DNA from: Callorhinchus milii
Lineage: Eukaryota
NCBI RefSeq assembly: GCF_018977255.1
Contig: NW_024704742.1
Coordinates: 113,152,001 to 113,216,000, forward strand
DNA: 64,000 bases
Direction: 5' to 3'
A program made the translations under genes and the position numbers. The notes under the pieces were generated by a model. That model did not search any database. It was not told the DNA's origin and worked only from the letters and a program-made list of their open reading frames with translations. Positions 26,151 to 38,717 of the stretch are shown in pieces (position 1 is the first letter of the stretch; every line of letters begins with the position of its first letter).

Positions 26151-26475
26151 AAAGAAAATAGGAAGATAAAGTCACAATAAGAAATCAGATTTCATTTTTA
26201 AACTGTGATTTTTGTGGGTTCAGAGAAAATTACAGTAATATAGTTTTTCATAGCAACGGAGTCTACCAAGTGCTTATCATTAATAGAGGGCAATTCTGTT
26301 CCATTCAATTCCTCCAAGTGCTGTTTCTAACTATCAGACAACTGTGACAACCTTTATCAATCTATGTTTTTTTTATGGGAGTCAAAAATCACATCAAAGC
26401 TGTTAACCACAAACTCCTGTCAACCTAAGGGTTAAATTCATATTGGAAAATTAATGGCATCTTTCGAATTATATT

Positions 26476-26693
26476 GGGGTTCCAAAAGTGGCACTTCGTA
26501 ACAGCAGGGAATTGAAATTCTGCCAGTAACCAGTAATGGATGTTTCATGGGATCCTGCTCTGAAGTGTCAGAGTATATTTTGTGGGGTTCCTGTGACTCA
26601 GTGGTGACTCATTGCCAGTTACTGGTAAGATTCCCCGATAGAGGCTAAGAAGGTTTTTAAAGATCTCATTGTGAAACGCCACTTTTGGACCCC
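26476..26693. mobile_element. PIF/Harbinger-type MITE
   Basis: TIRs ggggttccaaaagtggcacttc / gaaacgccacttttggacccc; 3-bp TSD ATT on both sides; internal inverted repeat ccagtaac/gttactgg. Confidence 0.7.
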
Positions 26694-27924
26694 ATTAAAA
26701 GTACCACGAGACCGAAGGAATAATACTAATATGATTTCAGGGGAAAATTGTGGCATGCTACAGTATATCTCCAAAGATGTAAAGTAAATACAATTTAGAA
26801 GATGTGCCTTTGAATTCAGTATTTCCAAGGATACTGTGCAGTCATTCATATGTACCTTCTTTCTTGAAAACATGAAAGGCTTGACTTTGACAAATGTAGC
26901 TGTAGAGAATATATGGGTTAAGCCTGACTGCTTTGTTGCTAATTGTTTTGGGAATAGCACAGCTCTTCCCTCCCTGCTTTGCAAATGAAGAGTCAGGAGC
27001 ATACATGAAGGTCCGTGTAATTCAGAGAATAACACTGCTTTGTATTTCCTTCGGGTAAAATCAGATTAATGTCTTAAATCAATTAGAAAGCTATGAAAAT
27101 TAACTTTGTAAATGCTGTGTGCACTGATAACATAAAAAATAATTGTTTCGCCTAATATAAGTTTTGGGGGAATGTTCTGTGAAAATGTTAAAATAGCTAA
27201 ACAGCTTAGATGCATGGAAGAGTTTAAGGTACATGCTTCTGCATAATATGTTCATGTATAGATTTATGTGGCATCAGCCGTTTTGCCCATAACATCATCA
27301 ATTCTGTGATGTCTTATTGAAGGGCTTTGAGGACTGTAAAACAGCTCCCTACATGTCCTATGAACATGTTCAGTGTGCCAGTATGTCATTGCACATGTTT
27401 TAATGGAGCTCTCCATTTTACTCCTGCTAGAAGTCTTCAGTTTATTACCCTGAAAGTACAGTATTATTTGGACGTCTTCACAAGTTAAAATGTTTGAAAT
27501 AAAAATAATGAAAGCCCTTTGTTCACATGATGAAGTGAACACACCAATGAAATAAGTAATATCTGCCATCGAGTTGGTGATGTATCGGTTAGCTAACTCA
27601 TTGAAAAGGGAATTGGTTAAGTAACTGATTGAGAACAGCATCAAAGGTAATATGAAAAGTTACAGACATGAGCATAAAAAGAAAAGCTATAAAACAGGAC
27701 ATAATAGGAAATGTTATGAATAATAATAGGAAAAGTTATAGAATAGGTGGAATAGGTGGTTTTTAGAAAGAACCACATGCACAATGGGCTGAATGGCCTT
27801 CTTCTGTACTGTAAATTTCTATGGTTTTCATGGCTAATCTGTAATGGAATACCATTTACCTGACTTTTCTCCATACTCCCTGATATGTAGCCAAGTAATG
27901 TATTTGTAACAAGGAATAATAATA

Positions 27925-28190
27925 ACGACATATGATATAGTACCTTACCATGTCATCAAGATGTCTCAAAGCACTTCAAAAGATATGCTATACAGCAAAG
28001 TGACTGTGAATTTGTAGTGAACACAGTAGCCAATTCGCACACAGCAATGTTCCACAAACAGTTGTGAGGTGAATGACCAAATATATCTGAGGGATTGTTG
28101 GACAGGATACCAGAACAAAACTCCCTTCTCTTTTTGAACAAAGCTGCGGGATCTTTTACATCCATCTGAACATGCAGATGGACCTTGGTT
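27925..28190 (-). mobile_element. SINE family B 3' part
   Basis: Antisense Deu-like body and tail. Confidence 0.75.
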
Positions 28191-31100
28191 CATGTATAGA
28201 TTTATGTGGCATCAGCAGTTTTGCCCATAACATCATCAATTCTGTGATGTCTTATTGAAGGGCTTGATGTTTATCTCTTCATTTACTTTTCTATTAAACA
28301 TTCCCACTGACTGCACACTTACCTGAAATACTTCACAGAACGTCATGTTTTTTGTTCTGCTGGAGCTTTGGGAGATGGAGGAGGAAGAGAAGAGAACGTT
28401 TTCTTTTGAAGCTAGTAGGTTGGAGTTAAATTGTCGATATGTGTAGAGTGGATCAATATTCTGGATGTTTTTCATTGATTATCTTTGGAGGTCATGAAAT
28501 ATCTATTGCAAGAGTTTCCCTCAGGATGGGATGAAGTACATGATAGGCTGACTGCAAGTAGAGTGAGCTTGATGGATTCAATAGACTTTTCCCATTCAAT
28601 TCTTTGCCGTGTGTTTGCCATATTGGTATAGATTTCATAACTGAATGAATAATGTTTCTAGCTGAGCATGATGTAATGCATGATACTTTTAAATGTAATC
28701 AAGGGTAAAGCCACTTCAAAGTGACATAGTGATCAGAAATGTATGAGTACAATTAAAGATGAGTCTGCAGTTTTGAAGATAATATAAAAATTTGATTCAC
28801 CTGCCATTATTACAGTATTTTTGAACAGTTTCAATGTTGCAATCATTGTGAAAAATCTTTTCTTTCCTCGTAAACCATTTTTAGAGAAAATCGATAGCCA
28901 ATATTTTTGATAGTCTTAACTTGCTACTGTTCGAAAAATAGAATTTCTGACTTGCAGCTAAACATACAAACTCCTTTTAAATCATCATTCATGTTGTCAA
29001 TTGGTTTTCTACCCTTGGGTAGACTATTGATTCAAGCTAGCTTTCCCTTTACTTATTGCTGATATTTAATTGGGGGAAAGAAAAGCATATTCAGCAACCC
29101 TTTTATACTTTTTGTGGGTGGAAAGCTTTTTGGTCTAGCTCATATTAATAACATGAATAGTTTATAATGAATCCTGCTACAGAAGGACCTGTGTTTGGGT
29201 CTGATCCTTGTGTGATATCAGTGCAAATTATTATAAATCCAAAACTTTGTCTGATATTAACAAATACGGCACAAGAAAATATGATCACATTGTATGCTGA
29301 TAAACTGTGCACCTTTGCGAGAAAGGAAAATGTTGCTAATAGAAAAAAAAATGATTTGTAGAAAGCTAAAGATTTGCAAAATGTGTTCTCCCAACTAACC
29401 ACTGTGCTTCAAGCTAAATTTGTCACTCAAAGTGGACAGATTCTGGAGATTTTAAATTCATTTGAAATAGCCTGTCCCTTACAAATAGGTGAATGTATGC
29501 AATAACAGAGGAACCTTGGGTGCTTATGTTTTTATGTGATGCTATTCTCTGTTCCACAGAATTATCTTTATGCAATCAAGGTGGTTATTGAAAAAGAGGT
29601 AGCCTGCATGCTATGGCATTATCCAACAAAGGTAGGATTTTGTGTTCCTGAAGTATGTAGCTATCCAACAGATGATTGTTGTCAAAGAAATTGGTTTTGA
29701 TGTTACAATCCCTGCCAACAGACACTGAACATCTTTATCAGAGAACGTCTCTTATCTTGGCTTTCCTACATTTATTTGCCATTTCTCCTTTGTACAAATT
29801 GCAAACTGACTTGGAAGATGAAGGCACCAATGCTAGAAATTCCCTCAACTTCAATTCAGTATATTCCAATAACCCCCCCAGAGTAAGGGTGTCTGGATTG
29901 GTATTATTTGCCCACAAAATATACAGTCAATTAACTTTACAGTATATTCTTGAGAGTCTCGAAGATGTGATAAAATGCTAAATCAAATGCAAGGATTATT
30001 ATATTATTAAGTGGCTAGTATGTATCCAGTAAACTTGGATAACAGAGCAGAAATGAATGGTAACCAACAAACTGGCCATGTTTTTAGCATCTCCCCAGTT
30101 TGCCCTTGTTTTACAGTGACTTTTGAAATATGATTAGACGTATCAATAAAATAGTCGCAGTCAGGGATAGATCAATTAAACAACATTGCCGAAAGGCTCT
30201 TCTTACATTTCAATAATTTCATTGAAGTGCTGCAAGACATTTATTCTGCATTATTGTTCTTGGTGTTGTTATTATAGTTAACAGACTATCTGTTCACCCT
30301 TTCTGGATGTGGTTCTGGAAACAGTATGTTCACATAAAAAGAAGCCATTTTCATGAATAATCAAATGTAATGGTCACACCAGAACTTCAGGGGAGCAACA
30401 TTCATCCATACACATGCTGCCCAGAACAAAGGAAATCCTCGAAATAACAAATGGGTTATCCGATGAGAAAAAGAGAATAAATCCCTTAAAGAAAATAACA
30501 AAAATATGGCAATTGTTTATCCAAGTGCAAACAAAGCGAGTTTAAAATGTTTTGTCATGTGGTTTAAATACAAAAAAAACAAATAGAATAAATGATCTAA
30601 ATATTTATCAAAATGAAGCCACGTAGTCTGGATTATGTTTCATCCTCCTTCGGCATCTTTGCTTGCATTGCATGCAAAGATGCTGTTCTGCATCTTCAGC
30701 AAATAAATAAAAGGCTATTCTTTTCTCTGTAATTCATTACTGCAGCACGTCCATCTAACTTCCCACACAATTGCAAAACCTGGACCTGATTTCATGCTGC
30801 ACAGATTTTGCCAAAGTAACAAAAACCTACACTTACATAGTGACATTCACATAGAGTAATAACAACAACTTGCATTTATATAGGGTCCTTCATGTGAGGA
30901 CCATAGAGGTAGAGGTAAATGTCAGGACATGGTGGATGAAGGCTTGGCTGCAAATTGTGGAAGGAGCAGGGGACACACAACAAGCCCAAGTTTGCTGAGT
31001 GGAGGCGGTGAGCAGAAGAGTGAGGCTGGAGAAGTTACAGATGGAGAGAAGAATGAGGCATGAAAAGATTTGTGGGTCATTTTACTAAAGGTGAGAAACT

Positions 31101-31287
31101 ACTAACTTGAGAACTTGAGGTCAATCTGGAGATAGGGAGCCAGTGGAGCTTGGTGAAGTAGAAGGTTATAGACACACCAAGTTTTGTGAAGGTAGGGATG
31201 TGGGTGAAAAAAGGTATCCAAAACAACACATTCAACAGGAACAAACTAACTGTCCATAATGACTTTGCAAATGCTCAACTGCTTTCA

Positions 31288-31603
31288 TCCTGTAGCTCAG
31301 TGGTTAGAGCACTCGCTTTGCAAGCGAGAGACCTGAGTTCAATTTCAGACAGGGCGAAACCTTGGGCAAGTTTCCTTACTCCACACGCTTAATAATAATC
31401 CCTCCAAAACAAAAAACAATAATAAATTGGTCATTTTCAATCTACGACTGTTTGTGGGACATTGCTGTGCGCAATTGGCTGCCGCGTTCGCCCACAAATA
31501 TACAGTCAATTCACTTTACAGTGTGTTCTGTGAAGCGCTTTGGGACGTCCTCCCGACATGAAAAGCGCTATATCAAATGCAAGGATTATTATTATTATTA
31601 TTA
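31288..31603 (+). mobile_element. SINE family A, full length
   Basis: A box (tagctcagtggtta), anticodon-like ttgcaa, B-box-like gttcaatttc, body and (TTA)n. Confidence 0.9.
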
Positions 31604-33207
31604 TAAGTTAGGTACAAAGCAAGCACAGGCAAAACAGTAACAGTACAAAACAAGAGATTACCACACCCCCAGGCTTTGTTACATTCTTCATTATTATTTC
31701 ATATGGTGTTATTTAAATTGTGTACTTGACATTTTGTTTAATACAGTGTATTTCATTTAACATTTTTAAAATGTTTACAGCTTCCAGAATGGCAACCCCA
31801 GCACTTTAGTCCATTGTGAAAATGTACTAACTATACACTGAAGTTGTGCTTCTAATCTTCCCTGGAAAGAGGCACTGAAAAGAGGGAAGATAGAGGGAGA
31901 GGATAGAGAGAAAACAAGAGACTTTGTTATTGTGCATGTTCTATTTATTGGTTCATTGTGGCACATGAGGAAACGCCCATGCATGGGTTCCTGGAAAAGT
32001 AATATGCAAGCAGGAAACCTTGAGCACATATTTTTTTAAAAAAATGAAATTAGTTCTAGAATAACATATTTGTTCTTATCATTTCTAAAACTTTGTCTAA
32101 TTCATCAGAACACAAAATAGTATCAGTGACCTCAAAATAGGAAAAGGTGGGTAAAGGAATGCATTTCCCATTCAGTGAATTGCAAACAATTCAGTAGGAA
32201 AGTTTTTTTTTAAAAAATCATGTAAGTTAAATTTATTCAGAGGCTGGGATCTAAGACATGTTCACTGATTCATGAATATTTTAATAAAGTACTGAGCTAT
32301 AATAAGAAGCATTTACATAAATGCTTTACTAGAAGGGTTAATCCTTGCAAATTCAAAATATCGCCAAATATTCCCAAAGGACTGTAAACAATTTTTTAAA
32401 AATTGGATTTCTCTTCATTTAGAACAAGAAAACCATATGCAATATTTTAAACAGAAAACGGCAAAACACATATGTTAATAATAATAATAATTGGTTGTAC
32501 TGTGGAGATTAAGCTCCAATGACACTTTGCAAAGAACATTTTAAGCTCTAACGTTAAAATATTAACCCCTGTGAAAGTTTCCAAATACTAAATTAGTTGC
32601 CAATAATGACTTATCATCAGTGAATTCCAACAGAACATTTGGAGTTTAATGTTTTGATTGTCACAGTATCATTAAATGCCACACCATGCGTTTAAACAAG
32701 CAATGCCAAAATGTTAAGATGTTTCCAAGCTATCAACTCTGCAGGCCACAAATGACTGACTGTTAAAGAAATACTTGCTATCATTCTTAATACAGTACAG
32801 CATATATCACAGATGCAGTTACTAAAGAGCAGGCTGAAGGCAGATATGAAACATTTTTGCAAAACTATGTGGATCCAAGGGGAGAGAAGATAGAAAATGT
32901 CCCATCAGCAACAAGTATCTTGTCCGCCTCCTTCCACATCCACAATGTTGCAATAATATATTTTTAAAAATTACATTATTGGCTACTCTATGCTCCTCTC
33001 CCAAGGAAAATTCTTATTTATTTTCCCATGCATAGTCCTTTTGGCCTATTTAGTAGTGCAATCTGGTTAGTTTTAGGTACCAGGCTCCACATCCCTTTCA
33101 CCCAAGCTCCACTGGCTCTCTATTGCAAAACAGATCTTCACACTCACATACTTCATGCCATAGCACCTCCCTACCCCTCTGACCTGCTTATATCCTACTC
33201 CTACTGT

Positions 33208-33520
33208 GGAGTCCTATAGCTCAGTGGTTAGAGCACTCAATTTGCAAGCGAGACAGCTGGGTTTAATTCCAGGGAGGGTGAAACCTTGGGCAAGTTTTCT
33301 TACTCCACACGCCTAATAATAATCCCTCCAAAAAAACAAAACAATAATAAATTGGTCATTTTTAATCCATAACTGTTTATGGGACACTGCTGTGCCCAAT
33401 TGGCTGCCGCGTTTCGCCCACAAATATACAGTCAATTCACTTTACAGCATATTCTGTGAAGCACTTTGAGACGTCTAGAAGACATGAAAAGCGCTATATA
33501 AATTCAAGGATTATTATTAT
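33208..33520 (+). mobile_element. SINE family A, full length, inserted in an old L2 fragment (~33040-33840)
   Basis: Family A sequence; L2 3' sequence continues on both sides. Confidence 0.9.
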
Positions 33521-34074
33521 TGTTATTATCACTCCTCTACCCGCCCCCTTTGCTCAGCTGGCTCAGACGTTCTGCATGTTCTTCATCCACTCCACTCCCT
33601 CAATGATCGGAGGTCATGCTTTGAGCCACTGTACCCCAAAATTCTGTAACTCTCTGCCTCAATCCCTCTGCCTTACCCCTCCTTACCCATGTTCAGATTG
33701 TATTTGAAATCTTTCCGCTTCGACTGTACCTACGGTCACCTCCCCTCTTTCTCCATTTCAGTGTCAGGCTCCACCACTATTAAGTGCTCCAAGATTCTAC
33801 CCAGCATGAAGAGCACAATAAATAATGCAATTTATTGTTGTTTAGGACCAAGTTTAAATCTCGCCTAGACTAGTGGCATGAAATTTGCCTACTTTTGGAA
33901 GCTCCAAGAACCTAATTTCAAATCAACCTCACTTGGTGGTGGGTGCAAATCAGCAACATAACACAATTCAGCACAGTTTTGAGCTACTTGAGGAATTTCA
34001 CTAAGGTGTGATAGTATGGTTAGTACAACACATGATTAGTACAACGCAGTACAACCCGGGTGCATTAGGAGGCA

Positions 34075-34615
34075 CACTTAATAATGAATAATCCTTGCAT
34101 TTGATATAATAATCATAGTAAACCTTGCATTTGATATAGCGCTTCACAGAATATATTGTAAATTGAATTTTACTGTATATTTGTGGGTGAAACTCGGCAG
34201 CCAATTGTGCACAGCAATGTCCCACAAACAATCGTGGCTTGAAGTGACCAATTTTATTGTTTTTGTTTTGTTGTTTCTTAAGGGATTATTATTAGGTGTG
34301 TGGAGTAAGGAAACTTGCCCAAGGTTTCGCCCTGCCGGGAATCGAACCATGGTCTCTCGCTTGCAAGGCAAGTGCTCTAACCACTGAGCTACAGAACTCC
34401 ATCTTTGAGACATCTCAAAGCGCTACTGTAAAGTGAATTGACTGTATATTTTGTGGGTGAAACAAAGCAGCCAATTGCACATAACAGTGTCCCACAAGCA
34501 TTCATGGATTGAAATCATTTTTTTTAAGGAATTATTATCCCCAACAAAGCGATTTGCCAATCGACTAACAACTGGGTCCCTACTTACTGAGTAAACAGAG
34601 GTGTGTGGAATGAGG
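34075..34615 (-). mobile_element. Two adjacent family A SINE copies
   Basis: Complete antisense copy to ~34400, followed by a second partial long-form copy. Confidence 0.85.
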
Positions 34616-34939
34616 AAAATCTTGTGAGGATAAGTGGGATTGATGAGGCACAGAGTTGGACCAAAACAGAGGGAGCTTTACTGTGAAAGATTGCTGTAAA
34701 ACAGGTGCTAGAGCACTCAGGAATCAAACACAAACCTTTCCACATCACCAATCATCAAATGCTCTCAGTGGACAAAATAAGATTTTCCTTTATAAAATGA
34801 TGATTTTTATTGTATTAGCACCAGCGACTCACAGCTGGCATGTATCCACTATAATTCCAAGCAACTGAGATACACATGGGATATGAAAAATAGTATAACC
34901 TTTTCATATGCATGTCACTATTTAGTCTTATACATACAT

Positions 34940-35740
34940 ATGTCACTCTTGACTCAGTTGGTAGTATTCTCACCTCTGAGTCAACAAATAACAACAATTT
35001 GCATTTATATAGCATCTGCCCTTCACACTGGTTAGTGTTTGGGGTGCTTAACAGTGGCGGAGGCTGATGCCGAGCCAGGGAGAGAGGAATGGTGACTGTA
35101 GGGATGTTTGAAGAGGAAGGTCTTTGGGCATGATATGAACATGAGAAAGACAGCAAGGCAGTGGGATTGAGGCAGAGAGTTCCAGAGTCTGAAGGTGTAA
35201 TGGCTGAAAGCAGTGTTGCCAATGGTGGATCTGAGGAGTAAAGGGACGTGCAGGGGGCTGGAGCCAGCTGAGCAAAGTGGGTGGGTAGAGGAGTGGTATG
35301 AACGCAGGGCGTACATGAGTTTGGGGTTCGTGTAATTGATCCATTCTGCAATAGGAGCCAGTGGAGGCTGGCAAGAAGGCCAAGAGATTTGAACTGATAT
35401 TCCAGGCTGACATTTCAATATAGTGCTGGGGAACCCTGCATTGTCAGAGGTGCCATCCTATGAATGACACATTAACTGAGGTCCTATTTGCCTGTGAGGT
35501 GGATGTTAAAGATCCCACGGGACTATTTGAAAAGAGAAGGGAGTTTCTCCTGGTATCCTGGCCAGCAATCCCCCAGATAAAATTGGTCATTCGATTGATG
35601 GCTGTTTGTGTAGCATTGCTATGCACAAATTGGCTGGGGCGTTCGCCTACAATTGCAGTCACTGCACTCTACAGTACATCCTGTGAAACTCTTTGACGGC
35701 CGTGATAAGGCATTATATTAAATGCAAGGATTATTATAAT
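34940..35740 (+). mobile_element. SINE family B split by an older-family L2 3' fragment (34984-35380, -)
   Basis: Head gactcagttggtagtattctcacctctgagtca, then the L2 antisense tail acaacaatttgcatttatatagc; the SINE resumes at ccaggctgaca. Confidence 0.75.
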
Positions 35741-36599
35741 ATGTGAAGGACAGTTTTTTTTAATTCAGCTAAACATGTATACGCAGTGAGTTAACCTGGA
35801 CTGAAAATACGGCATTTTGTCGTTTTATATTTCAGTTCTACATTCGTTTCTAATAATAGGCATTCAATAGGATGTCACATTGGGGACAGGGTATTATCAT
35901 TGTTCTTACAGAAGTGTGAAAGACCCAATGTTATAGCTGGAAAGGACCTTCACATGAGTTCTTTATTGTTATTTTAAATGAATTGTTAAGTTTAGAAAAG
36001 CGTTCTTGGACACAATATCTCAGTCAACGACGATGGACTGCAGACTATTATAGCTTTTAATTTCAGGACAGGGAATTGGCAGCACAGAGTGCTGTTCATG
36101 GAATAAGGCAAGTCATGACAGTGCACACGAATACACTTTCAGATCCATGAATTACCTCTGATGAGTTATGACATTGTGAAAGAATGTCAGCAAAGCCCCA
36201 GCGGATTTGATACTCTATTTATCCACATGTATGCAATTTATTTACGATGTGTTTTGCATGCAGCAGTTTGGGCTGGTCAGGGAAATTGAATCATGCACAA
36301 ATGTTCAGGCACCCTAACAGGATTTTTTTTAAAGGGGAAAAAAAAACAAATAAAAAGATGCACACTTCAAAGCAAAACAAGACGATTCGCCAGCAGTTAG
36401 TTACTGCATCTTTTTGGGTGATTCACACACACACAAAAAAAAAATTCCAAAAAGCAAGGGAGTGAAATGCGATGGAAGCAAACGGGTTGATGTAGGGATG
36501 AAAGCAATGCATCGTCAGCAGCAATGGGAGCTGTGGCTGTGTGGGGTGTGAGGGAGGTGAGTAGTTTCCGGGGTGTTGGTGGATGGGGTGGGATGGGGA

Positions 36600-37026
36600 T
36601 GGGGATGTGGGGGGGGGGGGGGAGCACGTGTAGTGGCGGCGCTGTGTGTGTCTGTGTGTCTCTCATTCTCTCCGAGTGGGGTGTCAGCACAGTATCAGCG
36701 CTATCTCCACCCCCTCTCCCCTCTCTCTTTGTGTTTAAAAGCGTGGCTGCAGGTGGACGTCAAGCCCAGGCTGGAGCAGGGAGTGCACTTGACGGGAGGA
36801 CAGCCCCGCGTTGCAACTGCAACTGCATTGCATATTGCACGGCACTGACCCACAAGCCCGACCTGCAGCCCACAAACCGATCGGACGGGACGGGCAGCGA
36901 GACTCAGCCCCGGAGCAGGAGCAGGAGCAGGAGGAGGGGAGGGGAGGGGGCGCCGCTGCTGCTCAGAGAGTGTGTGTGTGTGTGTGTGTGTGGGAGCCCC
37001 GCGGCCACAGTGTGAGGAGCTTCAGC
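36600..37026 (+). promoter_or_regulatory. GC/CpG-rich promoter / 5' UTR region of the signal-peptide gene
   Basis: Repeat-free, CpG-retaining, GC-rich stretch with a (TG)n tract directly upstream of the ATG. The TSS cannot be defined from sequence alone. Confidence 0.6.
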
Positions 37027-37096
37027 ATGAGGACAGAGCACTTCACCGGCTCCTTCATCCTCTCCCTCAGCCTCTGTGTCCTCCACCTCGTCAAAG
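37027..37096 (+). CDS. IGSF21: First coding exon (signal peptide) of a cell-surface protein, probably immunoglobulin superfamily member 21
   Basis: ATG in agcATGa context; 70 nt encoding MRTEHFTGSFILSLSLCVLHLVK+G; phase-1 donor AAAG|GTGAGT. Same length and MRT...L-x-L-x-[RK]-G pattern as the recalled human IGSF21 leader [24 protein letters not shown]. I did not find exon 2 (YLTVNIEP...) in the window. Confidence 0.65.
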
Positions 37097-37136
37097 GTGA
37101 GTGAGTAAATCTGTGCACCTCACCCACCCCCTGGAC

Positions 37137-37841
37137 TGGGGGGCTGGGGGCTTAGGGGATGGGGGCTGGGGGGCTGGGGGCTTAGGGGCTGGGGGGTTAG
37201 GGGGCTTGGGCTGGGGGGTTAGGGGGCTTGGGGCTGGGGGGTTAGGGGGCTGGAGGCTGGGGGCTGGAGGCTGGGGGCTGGGGGCTGAGGGGCTGGGAGG
37301 CTGGGGGCTAGGGGGCTGGGGGGCTGGGGGGCTGGAGGTTGGGGGGCTGGGGTTGGGAGGCTGGGGGGCTGGAGGCTGGGGGCTGGAGGGCTGGGGTTGG
37401 GAGGCTGGGGGGCTGGAGGCTGGGAGGCTGGAGACTGGGGGCTGGAGGGCTGAGGTTTGGGGTTGGGAGGCTGGGGGGCTGGAGGCGGGGGTGCTGGAGA
37501 CTGGGGGGCTGGAGGGCTGGGGTTGGGGGGCTGGAGGCTGGGGGGCTGGAGGCTGGGAGGCTGGAGGGCTGGGGTTTGGGGTTGGGAGGCTGGGGGGCTG
37601 GAGGGCTGGGGTTGGGGGGCTGGAGGCTGGGGGGCTGGGAGGCTGGTGTTTGGAGGCTGGGGGGCTGGGGTTGGGGGGCTGGGAGGCTGGGGTTTGGAGG
37701 CTGGGGGCTGGAGGTTTGGGGGCTGGGGGTTGGGAGGCTGGGGTTTGGGGGTTGGAGGTGGGGGGCTGGGGGGCTGGAGGCTGGGGGGCTGGAGGCTGGG
37801 GGGCTGGAGGCTGTGGGGCTGGAGGCTGGGGGGCTGGGGCT
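37137..37841 (+). repeat. G-rich degenerate satellite (GGGGCT/GGAGGCT/GGGGTT)n
   Basis: About 700 bp of G-runs on the + strand, starting ~40 nt after the donor. Confidence 0.95.
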
Positions 37842-38717
37842 GACATGGACACATCAGGTCCAAGCCGAGATGCACTGTGAAGAGCCTCAGGTCAGTGTGT
37901 GTGTGTGTGTGTGTGGGGGGGGGACACCAGGCTGACAAACTGGGAATATAATGTACATTTTAAACAGTCCAGCGTTGGTGGGATCACCTCCTAAAAAGTG
38001 CTCTGTTCTGAGAAGTTTTTTCCCTGTCTCCCTCTCTCTCTCTCTCTCTCTCCCCTCTATCACACTATATTTCTCTTGGAATATTTTTCCCCCCTCAGAA
38101 GACTTCTGGATTGGGACAGTGTGAAATCCATCCGAGGAGCGGTCGGTGCGCTTTTATTTGACTTGTTTTGAGATGCTTCTCCAGTCGGTCTCTCTCCTCT
38201 CTCTCTCTCTCTGTCTTGTGGAGAGGGTTCGGGGTGCAGTCATGTGTAGTTTGGGCAAACGGGTAACGATGCAACACAGCAGATTAGCGCCTTGGGACGT
38301 CCTCCAGATGTGTAGAGGCGTTGAATGCAACTGCAATGTGTTATGTCCCGGGTCAGAAAGATTCCTCCCCCCCCCCTCCCCACCCCCCACAAAAAAATAC
38401 CCTCCCCAGACAAGCCAAAGGGGGGGGGGGGATAGATCACAAAACTGCTGTCAACAAAACCCAGTCTGGGTCTGTGTCTCTCTCTCCCCACAGACACGAT
38501 TTCTCTTCCTTTCCTTTCCGAATTGAAAGGAAAAAGTTGATCGCATTTTTTTTGGGGGGGGGGGGGGGTGGGGGAGTGGGGGGGTTGGAATATAACAAAT
38601 ATTTTTGTTGATTTTTTTTTAGCAAAAATTAAGATAGTCTGGATAGTTTAGACCATCTGAGTCCTCGGATCAGCCCGAGCAGCGACCTGGGCGTCTTGTT
38701 TTGTTTTATTAACGAAA

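Noticed and set aside
37021..37041. REST/RE1-like motif TTCAGCAtgaGGACAG over the start codon
   Set aside because: The left half-site is degenerate and the spacing is one base short of canonical.
37091..37938. Long Pro-rich / Gly-Trp-rich ORFs on both strands
   Set aside because: Translations of the G-rich satellite, downstream of a splice donor; stop-free because of base composition.
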